Origin: Raillietiella orientalis
Taxonomy: Eukaryota
Direction: 5' to 3'
Assembly (NCBI GenBank): GCA_036172245.1
Contig: JAYWIR010000009.1
Span: 3,224,001-3,288,000 of the forward strand
DNA: 64,000 bases
The notes under the pieces are model-generated. The model made no database searches. It had not been told where the DNA came from and saw nothing but the letters and a program-made list of their open reading frames with translations. Below, in pieces: positions 11,950 to 25,466 of this stretch. The translations under genes and the position numbers were made by a program. The first letter of the stretch is position 1. Every line of letters begins with the position of its first letter.

Positions 11950-13176
11950 GACCACTAAAAATGAGCGTCTACGCAGACTCGTCAACTCTGCAATGCGCGA
12001 GCCGGCGAAGTTCCCGGTAGCCAAGTGACCTTGGAGTCGAATGGATGGACCCTCGCTTGTCGCACGAAGGGAAGTTTCACCTCGACCCCCAGGTGCGTTG
12101 AGCTGGGCCGGTCGCGTGGCTTTGGCCAGTTTTACGCCTCTGTCCCACCTCTTGCATTCGTTTGTCTCCTGGTCAAGAAGGAAACAGTCCCAAGCCGGCT
12201 CCATACAACTTTGAGGAGCCCTTGGGAGCGCTGCGGAGAAGGATCTGTGCGCAGCAGGCTATCGGGACCATCTTTCAAATTCAGCTCGTGAGGAGGACTC
12301 CCTTTGATCGAACCTTAGGTCATCGGATGCCCGAAGCATCCACCTGGAACCTCCTTTTCGTCTTTAGAGTTTCCCAACAAGGTACTCTCACAGAGCTTGC
12401 TGTCAGAGAGATCCCTACAAGCTGCAATCCATGGGGATTTGCTGCTGCTCTTGTCTTCGCTTCTCTTGAGCCCATTCACCAGCAGCATTCGTTTCCGAAG
12501 TAACTTTTCCATTTTCGATAATCACCGGCCTATTTTGGAGCTGGGGATGTACTTGCGTGCGGTGCCATTCCGCTGGTTTCGTAGCAGTGATCCAACTGCC
12601 CCTTCGGCGTTTTCGGTGGTTCTTGAGGATGTGGCGGGTGGATTGATCTTCTGGATTCTTTTCGTCCTTTCTTTCTCTTTTAAAGTCGCGATTGGGTCGG
12701 GGATATTTCGCCGCCCAGAAATCCATCTGACTTCTGGACTGCAGGCAGAATGTGAAAATGGGGATGCTTGATCCACCTACACGAAAGCACAAGGTTCCTG
12801 GAAACGGGACTACGTCGGAAGAGAGAGGACTTTTTCACCAGAACTCGCTGATCTCGAAAGATGATAATGCATCGTTCCCCCTTCGGCATCTTCCGTGATC
12901 CTGCAGCCCCCGATCGCCTGTTCCATGGACGTCATTTCTTCGGAAATAATGATCGAAAGAGGAGAAACACTTTCCTCTAAAAGCGCAGCAGTTCTCCTCC
13001 CCCTTTCCCCTTTTCCGGTTCGTTCGCTGGTTCTGGATGCATCTCAGAATCCTGTCCACTCTGGTTTCCCTTTCACTGAAAACTGCCTCTTCCGTCGTGA
13101 CGATTCCTGGCAACCAGAGCAAGAGGACCCTCCCTATCTGATGTAGCAGCGCTGGAAGGTTGAGTGCGCGGAGCAA
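11950..13176 (-). pseudogene. Possible decayed coding block of unknown identity
   Basis: Tiled minus-strand ORFs: 12835-13176 is in frame with 12415-12792, and 12522-12776 is in frame with 12315-12512. Hydrophilic peptides, no domain recognised. Confidence 0.22.
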
Positions 13177-14569
13177 ACTAAGAAGCTGTTGTTTCCTCCG
13201 CGAGTCTTGGAGGTCTCTCCTCCCACAAAAGAACCTTACCTTTCCTGGACTTCCGCCTTCGTCCTTCGCCTTTCTTGGTCCGGAAAAACTCTTTGTTCAC
13301 GGGACGGATTAGTTGAACGACAGCGTGACTCTGGACTGGCGAGGAAGGACCCGAGGCAGAATGGTCTGGAAGGCTGGAAAAACGGGACGGCGAGGAGGAC
13401 AGCGCGAATTCCCTGAGCATGGGGTTCCCTCGAGAGGGGGCCCCGGCGCCCCTCTTCCTCCTTGATCCCGGTGTGTGCTTCCGCGTGCGAGGCGTGGGGA
13501 GAAAGGAGGCATGCATGAGCGCCCTTCTCCCGCCCCTTTCGGGATCAGGTCGCGGGGGCGGCGCGAAGCCCGTTCTCAGGAAAGGCCACGCCCGTGGCAA
13601 CTCCAGGAACATCCGTGGGGATAGCAGAGTTGCCACGCGAAACCCACGCAGGGGTCCACTGGCTCGCTGCGCTCCTTCTGTGCCGACGGAGGAAGAGGGA
13701 ACGACGGAGACAGGAAGGAGCTATCCTTGGAGCGAGGTCGTGACCCCATCTCCGCGACCCGTAGTAACGCAGAATGGGACCGGGATTTCCAGAAGTGGAA
13801 GGCTTATGCAGGATGAGCGGGTTGTGAAGGCTTCCCAGTAGGGATCCGCAGCTCTCTGGGGAGAGCTAGTTGCAAAAACAGTGGAGGAAACGGTCGGAGA
13901 GGGCGCAATACCGAAAGTCAATAAGGAGGCTGCCTGAGGGAAGGAGGTCACTGTTGACCCTCACGACCAGAAGGCTGAAATCCGGACAAGAGGGCATGAA
14001 AGAGCTGAGAGAGGAGGAAGCTCAGCCTTCAGAAGTAGAAGTTTCTTCCCTCCCTCCTCCCTCCTGGATCGACCTCTCGGAGGAGGAGAAAGGAGAGACT
14101 GGATACACTCAAACAGCCCGCAACATAGGGACTTGGCCGTGGGGGCGATGTTCCGTGGCACGGTCGCTTGCAGGAAGCGCTCGTCTGCGAGTGCCGCCTC
14201 GAAATGCTGCTTCAGGGAGGAGGAGGTGGTACCTGACGCAGCCGCCTGAGGGCAGGAGACAGCGGCAGTTTCCCAAGGAGGAAAGAATGAGGCTGAGGGC
14301 AGCGATAGGAGGGAGAGGAGGAGAGAAAGAGACAGGACGGCAGCAGGTCTTTCCCCTCTCCTCTTCGAAAGGGAGGTTTTCTTTTTCGAAGATCTCTGGC
14401 TCCTTTCTTGTTGACCACAGAAAGGCAGCTCTCGGAAGAACGGAAACGCGAGGTCAAATGGAGGGGGTTGGGAGTCCATGATTAACCCGTACCTCTTCTC
14501 CTGAGTCCTGCAGGAAAAAAGGTGCCCAATTTAAATTTGAACTCAAGGTTCGACCCCCAGGTGGCTTGC

Positions 14570-15990
14570 CAGAGTGCGCCTTTGGGACGCCCTGAAAGAA
14601 GGCGGTTTCTTGATGACAACCGCTGCTGCTGCTGCTGACCGTCCCTTGATTTCCTCCTCTCCCTCCAGAGCGTCGTCGTCAGTCAGAAGCTTCTCAGAAG
14701 TATTCCGCGGCGTGAAAGAAAGAAAACCTAGGGGAATTTCGAGGATTGCGAAGGAGGACAAGAGATGAGGAGGAGCAGGTGAATGGCTCTGATTAGAAGT
14801 GTGGAGGGTGAGCGTCCCCCGCAGCGACGAGGAACGGAAACCTTGGAAGCCAGCATCGGGTGAGGAGGACCACGCCCTCCCTTGTTCAACAGTTCATGCG
14901 GGACTCTGGACCGCAAGGGGGCAGAAAAAGGAGAGAAGATGACTCGTGTCCCACACTGCAGGAGATATGAAGAGAGGTGCTGGAGGCGAGGCTGCTCCTC
15001 TGTGAAGGCAAATGACGTCTCTCCCCCGAAGTTACGCTGTTTCATGGGGAATGCACCTAGCAAAGTGAGGTGGAGAACCCACGTGCTGGTTCCCTGGACA
15101 TCCTTGTCTCTCTTTTGTCCCCACCCCCGTCCTCCTTCTTTATCTTTTCCTCTAGCCATCGGTGTCAGAATACGAGGGGACTAATCGCACACCACCAGAG
15201 GGGGTTCCGGGAGGAACAAAATTTTCTTGCACTTCCCCTCTCTTCCGCTGCCCGATCGCTGCCGGAAGACGTGGACCGCGCAGAGGGCGTTGCTGAAAGT
15301 TGGCGACGTCGAAAAGCTGCTGGGGTTGGTGTCGTCCGAGAGCCATCCTAGAGGCATTAGGTCTGGGAGCAGGGAATTCTTCCCGGAAGGGGCAAAATGA
15401 AGGGAAAAGCGAGAAAGATGGAGGAGTGGGGAAGCGACAGACCGCGATCCATCCGTCCGACGTCCGATCGAGCTCTCTGCCGAGGCGCGACGGACCGGAA
15501 ATCGAACGGAACGAATGCGCCACCGCCCTCCACCTCCTTCTTCCTCACCTCTCCATCGTTGCCGACGCAGAGAAGTAGGCAGGTAAATGCGCACCGTTTC
15601 GCGTCGCTGTCGTTGCACCTCGAGGCGTAGGGAGATGCCAACGGATAGCACTCTTTTGGCCTGTCGGCCTATGCGTCTCCCTGCTTCCTCCGAGGCATGT
15701 TGCCTGACTCCCTTGAAAAACGCGTGGATCAGCTACGAGACGGCGTTCAGGAGGCAGCAAAGGATGCCGTCGATGGCTCCGTCCTCGAACGCCATCCCCG
15801 AATACCGCTCAACCCTATTCCTCTACCTCCAGGAAAGGAACCCTCGAGGGACTGAAGGAAGCGGTGACAGGCTTGGTTTCCAGCGCTTGGGATCACCGAA
15901 GTGCCCCATGGAGAAACGTTTCCGCTGCGGAGGGAGCGAATGGACGCACAGAGATGGCAGAGTAGCAAAGAATCCCTCCTTCCCTCCAAC
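14570..15990 (+). mobile_element. Decayed L1/Tx1-like ORF2 fragments (APE-RT linker about 14570-15100; RT about 15590-15990)
   Basis: Linker-like 'LWDALKEGG', then 'LACRPMRL...WISYETAFRRQ...TLFLYLQERN...FQRLGSP' in RT motif order (RPISL / QTGF / LD.EKAFD / GF). Confidence 0.3.
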
Positions 15991-16439
15991 TCACCTCCAA
16001 TTCCTGTTCCGGCCGAGTAGAAGGGAGCGAACTTGGCATGGGTGGGCAACTCGGTCGGCCGCCTCCGGCTGGCATCCCGCCCGTTTCTCTCCCTCCCTTC
16101 CCCTTTTTCCCGCCACCCTCTTCCGGCATCAGTGAGAGCACCGCCGCCGCTTTGTCATCACGCCGGCTGCCGCCTATCGTCCCGGAGGACAGGACTTCAG
16201 CAAATCCTTCCTCTGGGAATTCTGCGGAGCTTCCTCTTCGCTCTCCCTCTTCTCGTTCCTCCCTCCTCCTCCTCCTTATTTCTTCTCGCTTCCCTCTCTC
16301 TCCTCGTTCTTCCGGAGAGCTCTTTCGCGCACTGCGCACGCTCTGCCTAGGGGTCGCGGTGTCAATCGACCTTTCCGCAAGCCAGGTGAACTCCTCGCGA
16401 TTTTTTAGGTCCGCGGAGCTCAGGGCGGCAATCTGCAAG

Positions 16440-16960
16440 ACGTGGGAAGAGAAGAAACCGAGAACGTCCTCCTCCGGTGGGAAGAGGGGGGTGGGAGGTT
16501 GGCAGCCACCGAGAGGGGCGCTGCCTCCACGTTACCAGTGGAAGTGCCTGACCTCGTCCTGGCAGGAGGGAGCAAGGGGAATGAGGATCGTCCTCCGGGA
16601 CGTTTGAAGTGTTTGGTTCCTCGAACCTCGCGAGTCGCTACCTCCTGGGCAGAGGCGCTCGGGCACCTCTGGAGGAGCCCCGCAGCCACGAGAGGTCACC
16701 GAGCTTTCCACCCTCTTTAGGATGCTCCTTTGAGCGGGGAAGGCGTTGCAACGCAGGCCGAGCAAAAGGAGGATGTTGCTTGCGCGCCTGCCTCTCTGGA
16801 GGATTCGCGATCCGGAGCCTCGGCAGGGGTGGTCAAGCGGGCAAGGCACAAGCAAAGATCGCTCTCTCCCTACTGACTACAGGCGCAATCCAGAGCTGCC
16901 AGAGCCTCGGTTCTCGTTCTCGGTTCTTACCAGGTCCAGTCGTTCCTCACTTCCGGGGAG
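16440..16960 (-). mobile_element. Decayed LINE RT fragment
   Basis: 'ILLLLGLRCNAFP' (cf. LD.EKAFD) followed by 'RGGSAPLGGCQPPTPLF' (cf. RGVRQGCPLSPLLF). Confidence 0.35.
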
Positions 16961-18439
16961 AGACGGCTGAGTGCTCCAGGAGGGTAGTCCACATGCAGCG
17001 CACCACCTCCCGCGCTGCCCGGTGAGTCCGATACCGCAATCTCGTCGAAAATGGGGAAACATTTCGTCTCCTTCTCCTCCTTCCCCGCCTCGTTTGCTTC
17101 TTCTTCGCCCTCTTTTCCTCCTCCTCGTTCCTCTCCTTCGTTCACTTTTCCCCCGTCCTTCCTCTTCGCCTTCCCTTCCGCCCTTTTGCTTGCTCTTCTT
17201 CGGTTTCCTCCTCCCCTGCCTCCTCGCCAAGCATCGGTTGAAAATTCCTATCTTATCAATTATCACCAAGGAAGGAGAAAAAGAGCGCATCTTCGCTCCA
17301 CATCACCGGATCGGGCGAACCGCGAATATTTATTGGGAGCTCCTTTCGAAAACACATGTGGCTGGCACTCCTTATTTCTCCCAGAAAGTGTAATAATAGT
17401 TCCTTTGTTGCAGTTGGAAACATTATGGGAAAATAAACAGCTACTTGGAATGCAGTTGCAAGATCATATATCAGGAATCTGGAACCTTCCGTAAGATTGT
17501 CGACGTACAAAAAATGCTACAGACGCATAATTAGGGCACGCGGATATTCATTTTAATAATTTACGGCCAGCAACCTCGGTCGAGGCGCGCTAAGCAAACA
17601 AGAACAGGACGGTTTCGGGGCGGCTGAAAGGAAAGGCAACTGGGAATACCCGCGTGTAAATTAGCTAAGGACGAATATATCAATCGGGGAAAAAAAGTAT
17701 CTGGTGGGATCATAATTCTGAGTGATTGTTGCTGCTGCTGCTCCGTCTTGGAGTAGAGCTATGAGGACTATTTATACATCTCTCGAAGGGGAACGAGGGT
17801 GCTCGGATCGCTCCTCAGCGAATTCCCCCGGCGAGTCCGAATCCCACCGGGAGATGCGAGGCTCCTTTTCGTTCGAGCCCACGCGCTACCACCGGAGCAC
17901 ACAGACGTGCAGAGGTGGCATCCGTAATCTTGCTGTCTTTTCGACCCCGGTCGGCCCTCCCCGATGTTCGCTCATCCTCTTCGGTGCCGTCCTCACACCA
18001 CGCCAGCACCTCTGAGCACAAACCACTCCAGAAAGGTGAAAGCAGACGAGCCTCGTTCGGCGACCGGAGCGGCGGCCGCCACTGCTTTTCCGTCTCCTGA
18101 ATCGGGGGGAAAGGTTCCTGGAGCGATTCGCCTTGGCGGGAATCCGAGAAATCTCGTCTACGTTACGCGCCGAAGCGCACTCGCACTTTGGCTGAACTGA
18201 AAGACCTCGAAGGCTCTTTCGAATTTTCTTTTGGCACACCAGAGAGGACCCGCCCCTCCCTTTTTTTCTGGAGAAACATTCGGTACCTCATCTTACGACT
18301 CGGTGCAGTGCCTTCGTGGAGGAAATTTCTGACGCAGTCCATGAACTTTGCACTCTGTCTTGAGGAGGAATATAACAGAATCTTCGTTTGTTTGTTTGTC
18401 TCCAGAGCATTCATCATACAGCGTCCCGTGTGATGACTT

Positions 18440-19832
18440 CAAAGTGGTTCATACGTGAAGGACAGGGAAGCGAACGATGAGCTGGACGAATCATTTACGA
18501 ATGAAATCCCTGTCGGAGGAACCCAAATTATCGGATGTTTTTGCTGCTGTCTCTCTGTCCCTCCGCACCTATCGGATCCCTTCCCCCGCTCCCACAAATT
18601 TTGCGCATAATTTGATGAGCTCGCGATCAACTCATCAAGCCGGGTGCTTCTTCGAGATTCCTTCGTTCTCTGAAATCTGCGGCGGCGAAAGCGTTCCCAC
18701 AGGAGAGCTGTTGCCGTGTTGGACTCTCAATCTCGCCAGCGGTGCGGAGACGGTGTCTTTGCAGCCGCACACCTTCATTTGCAGAAAGTCTGCGCTTGGC
18801 GTGACGACAGAGTGCGCGCGCATTCCCAAATCAAAATCGCAGCACTCACTCGAATGGTTTCGACCTCAGGCATTTCGAGCTTGTAAGTGCGAGCTTGGAA
18901 GAAACGAAACTCTGAAGCGAGTCATTAGGCAGATAAAAGTTACCTCTGGATACAGGAAGTTCTGACTCTTTTTTCTGCAGATATATATCCCTCCCTCCCC
19001 CCCCTCTTTTCAAGGACTTCTTTTGGAAACATCTCTTTCAGCTGCATCGAAACCAAATGCCTCCATGGACAAAGTAGGAATCGCCATGAAATTACGCAGC
19101 TCCCTGGATGTTGTCGCAGAACAACAAATTTCCGGATCCGCCGAAACGAATCTCCGGAATGATCTGGTGGGAAACGTTCTCCTTTAGAAAGAAGCGAAAC
19201 CACAAAGGGGAAGATGCAAAGAAAGTTCGAGCGCACACGAAATGAGATCGAGCAGCTCAAGCATCCGGAAGGGGTAAATCAAGATTAGAGCCTGGAATCG
19301 GAACATCGAAAAATACTGTCACTTTCAGAATGGCGAGACGGATGAGGTTGCCGGGGAGAAATCACACCCATCGACTAGATGGCGTGACGTGAATGTGGAC
19401 CACGACGAGGGGCAAAGTACCGTGGACACAGACACAAACCTGAACCGAAACACCAGACTGCCGAGTACATTTCGTTTGCTGGGAACGATCCGGTCTGTCG
19501 GGAATGGTAACATGGAGAGCGCAGTGCCTCCCGAGAAATAAGATCCTCCAACGATCCAGGAAATCGGTTCGGAAAAAGCGAACAGCAAGGGCGGGGTGTC
19601 AGAAGTCACTTGACTCTTTCTCCGGTTCTCGGTGGATGCTCCCACTCCAGAATTTCCGGAAATCATCTCTGCCGAAACTGGTAAACTTCACGAACCACCG
19701 TTTCATAATTCACAGGTTTTAGATCAGTGGAAGAGTGGACATGTTCCAGTCTTTCGAAGACGAGTTCGATGTCGGATGGACTGTCTAGATGCAGGAGATG
19801 CGGACACAACCACGCTCGTGTGGCATTACTAG
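18440..19832 (+). pseudogene. Possible decayed long coding exon (hydrophilic, disordered-type protein)
   Basis: From about 19329 to 19832 one + frame reads 'NGETDEVAGEKSHPSTRWRDVNVDHDEGQSTVDTDTNLNRN...DAPTPEFPEIISAETGKLHEPPF' with only 2 internal stops. The block is AT-richer than the flanking LINE debris. Confidence 0.3.
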
Positions 19833-22414
19833 AAGATGAGACAGAGGTGATTCAACTATGCTCAAAACAAAAATATACCCACCCTGTTATGTATACATAT
19901 ATGTGTTATGTACGTATACGTACACACATAAAAGGGTATGCATGTGCATTTCCATCTGAATGCACAGCAAGAACGAATGTGCCGCTTGCACTCGCACAGA
20001 CATGGCTGTGCGCGAAGCTTACAAGGAGGAAATACTGCCTCTGAGAGGGTAAAGAGGGAGGATGTGGAAATTCGAGGAAAGCTACCGTGGTTACGCTGCA
20101 GAGGCGAGGAAAGGCAAGCTTTGGAAAATTCTCCATCAGCTCATGAGCTCAGGTCTCATCGGTTCAGGATTGACTCGAGCTGTTTATCTTGAAGCTGAAG
20201 ACCCTTGCGCATGCAAACCACCCTATGAAATTGCATCAGAGGCATCTTCGATGCTCTCCAATACGTTCCGCTCGAGTTATGGTCTGCCCGGCTGATTTTG
20301 GGCCGAAATTTGTACTCATTAAACCGACTTATCAGCGAGATAGCAGAAGCATTAGGTCTATGATGCATGATCCTTGAAACTATCTCAAACTCTCGATGAG
20401 TGCACCTTTACCATGTACAGCATGCTTCGAAACTTCGAAAATCCTTATCGCCGTCTCGATCCAACTATTAAAGAGTGGACAGAAAAGATAATAATTTTCG
20501 CCCCCTATTAAAGAGTGGTAGCTGGGCACATTGCAGACAGCACCTGATTGACGTTCAGTGAAACATGCAAATGTAGCAAATCGAGCGTCTCTTGGATGCG
20601 TATCAGTAGAACGATAGGAGAGAGCGGAGAGAAGGGACAGAGCCCAGATTTCGGGAGAGTAATCTTTCCTGGATTCCATTTTTTTTTTTTGTGTGCGAAG
20701 CCGAGACAGAGATGCACTTTGAAGATGAAGTAACGAACGTTGTCAGCGTTTACGAAACTTTGAGCATCCTCAGCAGCTCTCCCTTCTTTTTCTAGGGTCT
20801 TCTACTGACAGTTGTTGACACTTCCCAGCTCACTCAAGACATGTCGCATTCAGCAATAATGTTAAGAAACGAGGTGGTAGGTTCTTGTTCAGGGAGTCTG
20901 CCTGAGGGAATGAACCAGATAGGATTATCGCTTTCACAAAGGATGGTGAAAAGTTCTTCTGCAGCATTTTTTTTTGGAAGATGAAGGAAAAGTGTTGAGA
21001 GTCTTCTCGGATCGTCCTCAGATTCACCTTCAAACGGAGTTCGAATCCTACTGGCCCATTTTTCCTCTTCTTGAATAATCAGAAGAGATACGCAGCCTCC
21101 AGAGAACGCGGGGACCCTTTGCTTCCCAGGAAGCGGAGACGCAAGGATGGGATCCCGGGATAACTATAGCCCTCAAAAGCTCTAATGATGCATCGAGTGA
21201 TGGAGCAGCTTGCGCTCTAATACTCACATCAATCTCTACGACGCGTGCCATTACGTGTCTTTGCAACAAGACTTGGCGGACGCTCAGAGCTTAGTCGAGA
21301 TCCAACTAGAAGCAGGAGATGAGGAACCGGACGACACCCATAGATGCAATCCCGAGAAGAAATCAAAGAGGGCAACCGGAGCTTTGCGCGTATCTGCTCC
21401 CGGTCGGATTTCAACCTACGGGGAATCCCTGCTTTCTCACCATGCTAATTTGTTCACGCGACCTTACGCAGGAGGCGCTTCCAAATGCTTGCCTTAGAGG
21501 AGTCCAGAGTTCGCTCCAAAGACGCTCCCTATCAGGCGGCACCACTTCTCTCCCGGCTTTGATCTCTCGCCGTGCAGGGCACTGCTTGAGCTCCACGGAA
21601 ACGTTCCGACTTCGGATCCGCTCATTCCTCCTCCCTCGCTTCGTCTACTAACGAACTTTCGGTAGGCACCGCGGTAAGCAACCGGAATGGAGCACATCAC
21701 CTGCCCAATCGCAACACCATCAACAAGCATGGCTGCAGGAGCAGCCCCTGCTCGGCACTCCAGTGGGTGGAAAGCAGAAATGGAGGCAGCGTGCCATTGT
21801 TGTTCTAATTATAAACGGCTAGGCTACTTAGGCTACTTGTATCCATAGCAGCGCTGCTAACAAGTATAGCGTGTCCTCCCAGGGCATTGTCAGCTTTGCG
21901 AGCTGCATGCAAACCTTTGTCATTCCGGCCTAAATAGACCATAAATAGGTAGATGCATTCTTTGTAGGCTTGGGTTCTGAGAAAGGATGCCACGTTCAGC
22001 TCTTCTTGCGATCGCAAGCTTTGAGCCCGCCCTGAATGGGAGACGAAAGGCAGAAATCAAAGAAAGGATTCAAATCGAAGGATTCCTTGTTTTTGCCTCT
22101 CCGTTCCAGGCATGACGGTGTGTGCGCATTAGGAGTTGAATCTCTCGAAACACAGGCATTCGCTTGACAAGCGGCTGGAGCGGTGTTCAAGGTAGGGGAG
22201 CTCACAGCAAGTGCAGGGCAGAAATCGTGAGCGTGAAGGTTGGGAGGCAGGAAGGCATCCATGCGCATCAAATGGCAGTCAACTGCCTCAAACGCAAGTA
22301 TCAGAGATTCAGAAAACTCCCGGATAGTTTTGCTTAAGGGGATTGGACGTTCAAAGTGAGTTGGAATCGAGGAATCCTCAACTTCGGTTTTCTATAGATA
22401 TTTGAAACTCCCTT

Positions 22415-22416
<2 letters not shown>

Positions 22417-22460
<44 letters not shown>
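22417..22460. repeat. (AG)22 microsatellite
   Basis: Perfect dinucleotide run of 44 bp. Confidence 0.98.
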
Positions 22461-22462
<2 letters not shown>

Positions 22463-23029
22463 GAGCTGTAATTTCGAGGTTGCTACTGAGTGGCCTGCCG
22501 GGTGAGTCACCGGTGCGTCATTCGCTCTTATCTCCAGTACAGTTTCCGAAAGTGAAGACCATGCCTCAAAAAGGAAAAGCTCCTTGCCACAAGGCTGCGC
22601 GCGAACTTTCTAGCTCGGTTTAACAGTGGGTTTCCATGAACTCATGAATGGCAGGAGGCCACAATTTGCAGCCTGACCCCTGAGCATCTCCCTAGAAGTC
22701 CGGCGTGCTCATCCGATCACTAAAAACCAGGGAAGAGAACTATCCTCTTGAGCTCCCCCTCCCCCACCATGCCACGTAAAGAAGACACCATTCCTCCGGT
22801 ATGGAGGCGGTCAGCTCAGGTAGCCCACTGAGCTTTCGAGACGGCGTACAAAGGCGGTCAACACGGGTGACAAGGAGGATGCAGAGGTCCCGAGCCTTGA
22901 TCTGCCTGTCGTTCACCCTCACGTTCATAGGGAGGTGATTCGAGGCTGTATACCGTGGTCAGGGTCACGAGTGGCCAAAGCAAATTGGGGAGGCCCTTTG
23001 CCTCCATGGTGTTCCGTGGCTAGAGCCTG

Positions 23030-23450
23030 GAGGTGCTCGTGTATGCTGGTGGTTTGCTTGCGAAGCGGCTGAGGAGGGAGGGAGTGAAGGGTGGCGCGGG
23101 AGGGCTAATCCAGGTTGATTTTTCCCCCGCCACCAGGCAACTGCGTCTCCCTTCGTCCTCTCCTCTCTCGGAGGACACGATCCTGGCGGTCCTGCGCTCG
23201 CTTCAGCAGGATGTTATGGGGAGAAGGGAAACTCACCTGGGCATTCCCGTGAGTGGAGCTAGCGTTAGCTCAGAGTGCTCTCCCCTCTTGCCTTCCCCTC
23301 CCCTCCCCCACCGTCGCCTCCTTTGGATGAGGAGGGGTTTGCAACGCTCGTTACGTGCATGGGACGCTCCTCCGGTTGGCCCCCGACCCCGGAGCGATCC
23401 TTCGTTCTGACTCACGCGCGCGTCGGACTCCTCTTTCCGGCGCACGCGCC
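23030..23450 (+). mobile_element. L1/Tx1-like ORF1 fragment
   Basis: 'LRLPSSSPLSEDTILAVLRSLQQDVMGRRETHLGIPVSGASV' resembles the Tx1-type ORF1 pattern 'P..(I/L)S.E.I...L..FG......GI..G.R.V'. Confidence 0.4.
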
Positions 23451-24329
23451 GCCACCGCCACCGCCCAGGGCATCGTGTCCTTCGCCTTTTGGTTAGCGCT
23501 CCCGGCCACTTGCCCGCTCCGCCGGGTCGCCTCCGGGCCTGCGCCCCGCCCGCTTCCCTCCCGAAGAGGCCCGAACTGCGAAGAGGCATGGGGGAAGGGC
23601 AGGCCGACGACGACCTGCTCTTGGGGAAGGAGGACCTGTCGGAGCTCGCGTATCCCGTCGTGATGACGAAGCGCCGAGAGGGAGGAAGGGTGGGGGACTC
23701 GGAGATGGAGCTCACCGACTCACCTCCTCCCCCTTTGTCCCTTTCTTTCCGCAGCCTGGGAAAAGCTCGAGGGAGGAGCCGAGGACGAAAGAGCCAGTCC
23801 GCAGGGACCAGGAGGACCCCGCTGCACCTCTGCCAGGGGGATCCGCAGCGGAGACCCTGAGGGGGTCCTCCGGTGGGTGAGAAGAGGAGAAGGCTGCGGG
23901 TGGGTCGTTGCCCCGGAAACCGGGATCCTCCCTTCCTCCCATCCGCTTCTCCTCCGGGAACGCGCGCGCGCGAGGGCGGAGCAGTAGGAAAACGGGAGGC
24001 GGTCGCCGCCGTGCGTCAGGATTTAACCCTTTGATGTCCCCGCAGTTCGACGATCCCGGAAGCTCCAGGAGGAGGAAAAAAAAAAAAAAGAGGAAAGACG
24101 AGGGAATGAGGTGAGGGGGGAGGACAGGGAGAGACGCCCAGGAGACTCCGAATTTACGGCGGGATACTCGGGCATCCCTGATTACTTCCGGGCGATTTCC
24201 CTTCGTGGGTCCCTTTGTTGGCGCGATCGGGAGAAGCGATAGACAAGCGTGGGGCCCCTTTCTTCCCCCCGGGACGCCCGTCCCGGTCGTTTGCATATGA
24301 ATCGCAGGATCGGCAGCTCCGGGACAGCT

Positions 24330-25450
24330 TCCCGAGGTGCCTCCGTGGGAGAGCGGGATGAGCCCCTCCCGCCTCCCGCAAGACCTGCTCCCCCCCTTGC
24401 TCTGCCCCCGCCCAGTTCCGATCGTCCGACTCCTTCTCGAGCGCGTCTTCCAGGGCGCGCGAGTGGCCCTCCGGTCCCCTCCTCCTCCCCGTCCAGAAGA
24501 GTCAGACCCGGGATGCCCCACCCCCTCCCTCACGGAACGGGGCAACAGCCGTTGCTTGGATGTGGGGTGTCGTGGCGGTGGGAAAGGCGAGGAAGCGCGC
24601 CGCGTCCGGCTTGGGGAAGAGAGGAGGTCGCCCCCTCCAAAGGGGGTGGCTCGAGTATGCGCGACCCACTGCGTCCCTCAGCCTAAGGTGCTGGGCAGTC
24701 AGGAGACACCTTTTCGACCCCAAGAAAGGGGATGGTGGTGCTGGTGTCACAGGAAGCTGGGCGGCGACCGCTCGATCGGGATGAGACGAGTCCGCGCGCA
24801 CGGCGGAATCCCGGCTTTCCCGTCGCCACCTGGAAGCGACCCCAGAGATCATGGAAAGTCTCTTTCCACTCGCTTCCGCCTCTCCCCCTTGGACCGGAGG
24901 GGGGTCTTGAGGTGCCTCCTTCAGGTCTTTCCCTCCTAGTTCAGACGGGCCTCCCCCGTCTGGAACGCGCTCTTTCCGCGGCGGTCGGGAGGACCCATCC
25001 CGAGAGGTGAGATTCCGAGCTACAAGGGCATTTTCCTTCCCCCTTCGTGGCAACCCCAGGAGGGGTCTCCTGCGGGCTCGGCGAAGCCGGCAGGCAGGGC
25101 CACTCCCGGTCTCTTTGGGTGAAGAGGGAGTCGCACGTGAAGGATAAGATGGGAGGAGAGGGGCGGATTCCCTCCTGCGACGCCCTTCCGCCCCTTCCGG
25201 GAATGCGGCCTGACAGGGGAGGCCTCCTGGCCCTCCCTGGAACTCCAGTTCCAAAGCAGCTTGAGGCATCCCTCCGGCTCTGCAGAGCCGAGGGGATTTC
25301 CCAGGGCCCCCATCTCTCAGGTACCGTGGGGGGCCTCTCCGCAGCCGAGGTTCACTGCCCCTCGCTGTGGGGAGGAAGTGTCCCAGCGAACGCGACCCCA
25401 CCGCGGAATGGTCGGCGCTTTCCAGCGGGTGGTCCACGGACGAGGCGGAG
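24330..25450 (+). mobile_element. Decayed L1/Tx1-like RT-to-thumb fragment
   Basis: Motifs in the expected order: 'RVFQGARVALRSP' (QG.PLSP), 'PKVLG' (KYLG), 'RLSPLDRRGVLRCL' (LS..GR..L), 'RPDRGGLLALP' (thumb GGL.LP) and 'PSLWGG' (PLW.N). Confidence 0.45.
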
Positions 25451-25466
25451 GCTGCTCTGGGAATAC

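Noticed and set aside
19900..19930. 16-bp palindrome tgtacgtatacgtaca within a small hairpin
   Set aside because: It lies in alternating TA/TG/CA low-complexity sequence, where palindromes arise trivially.
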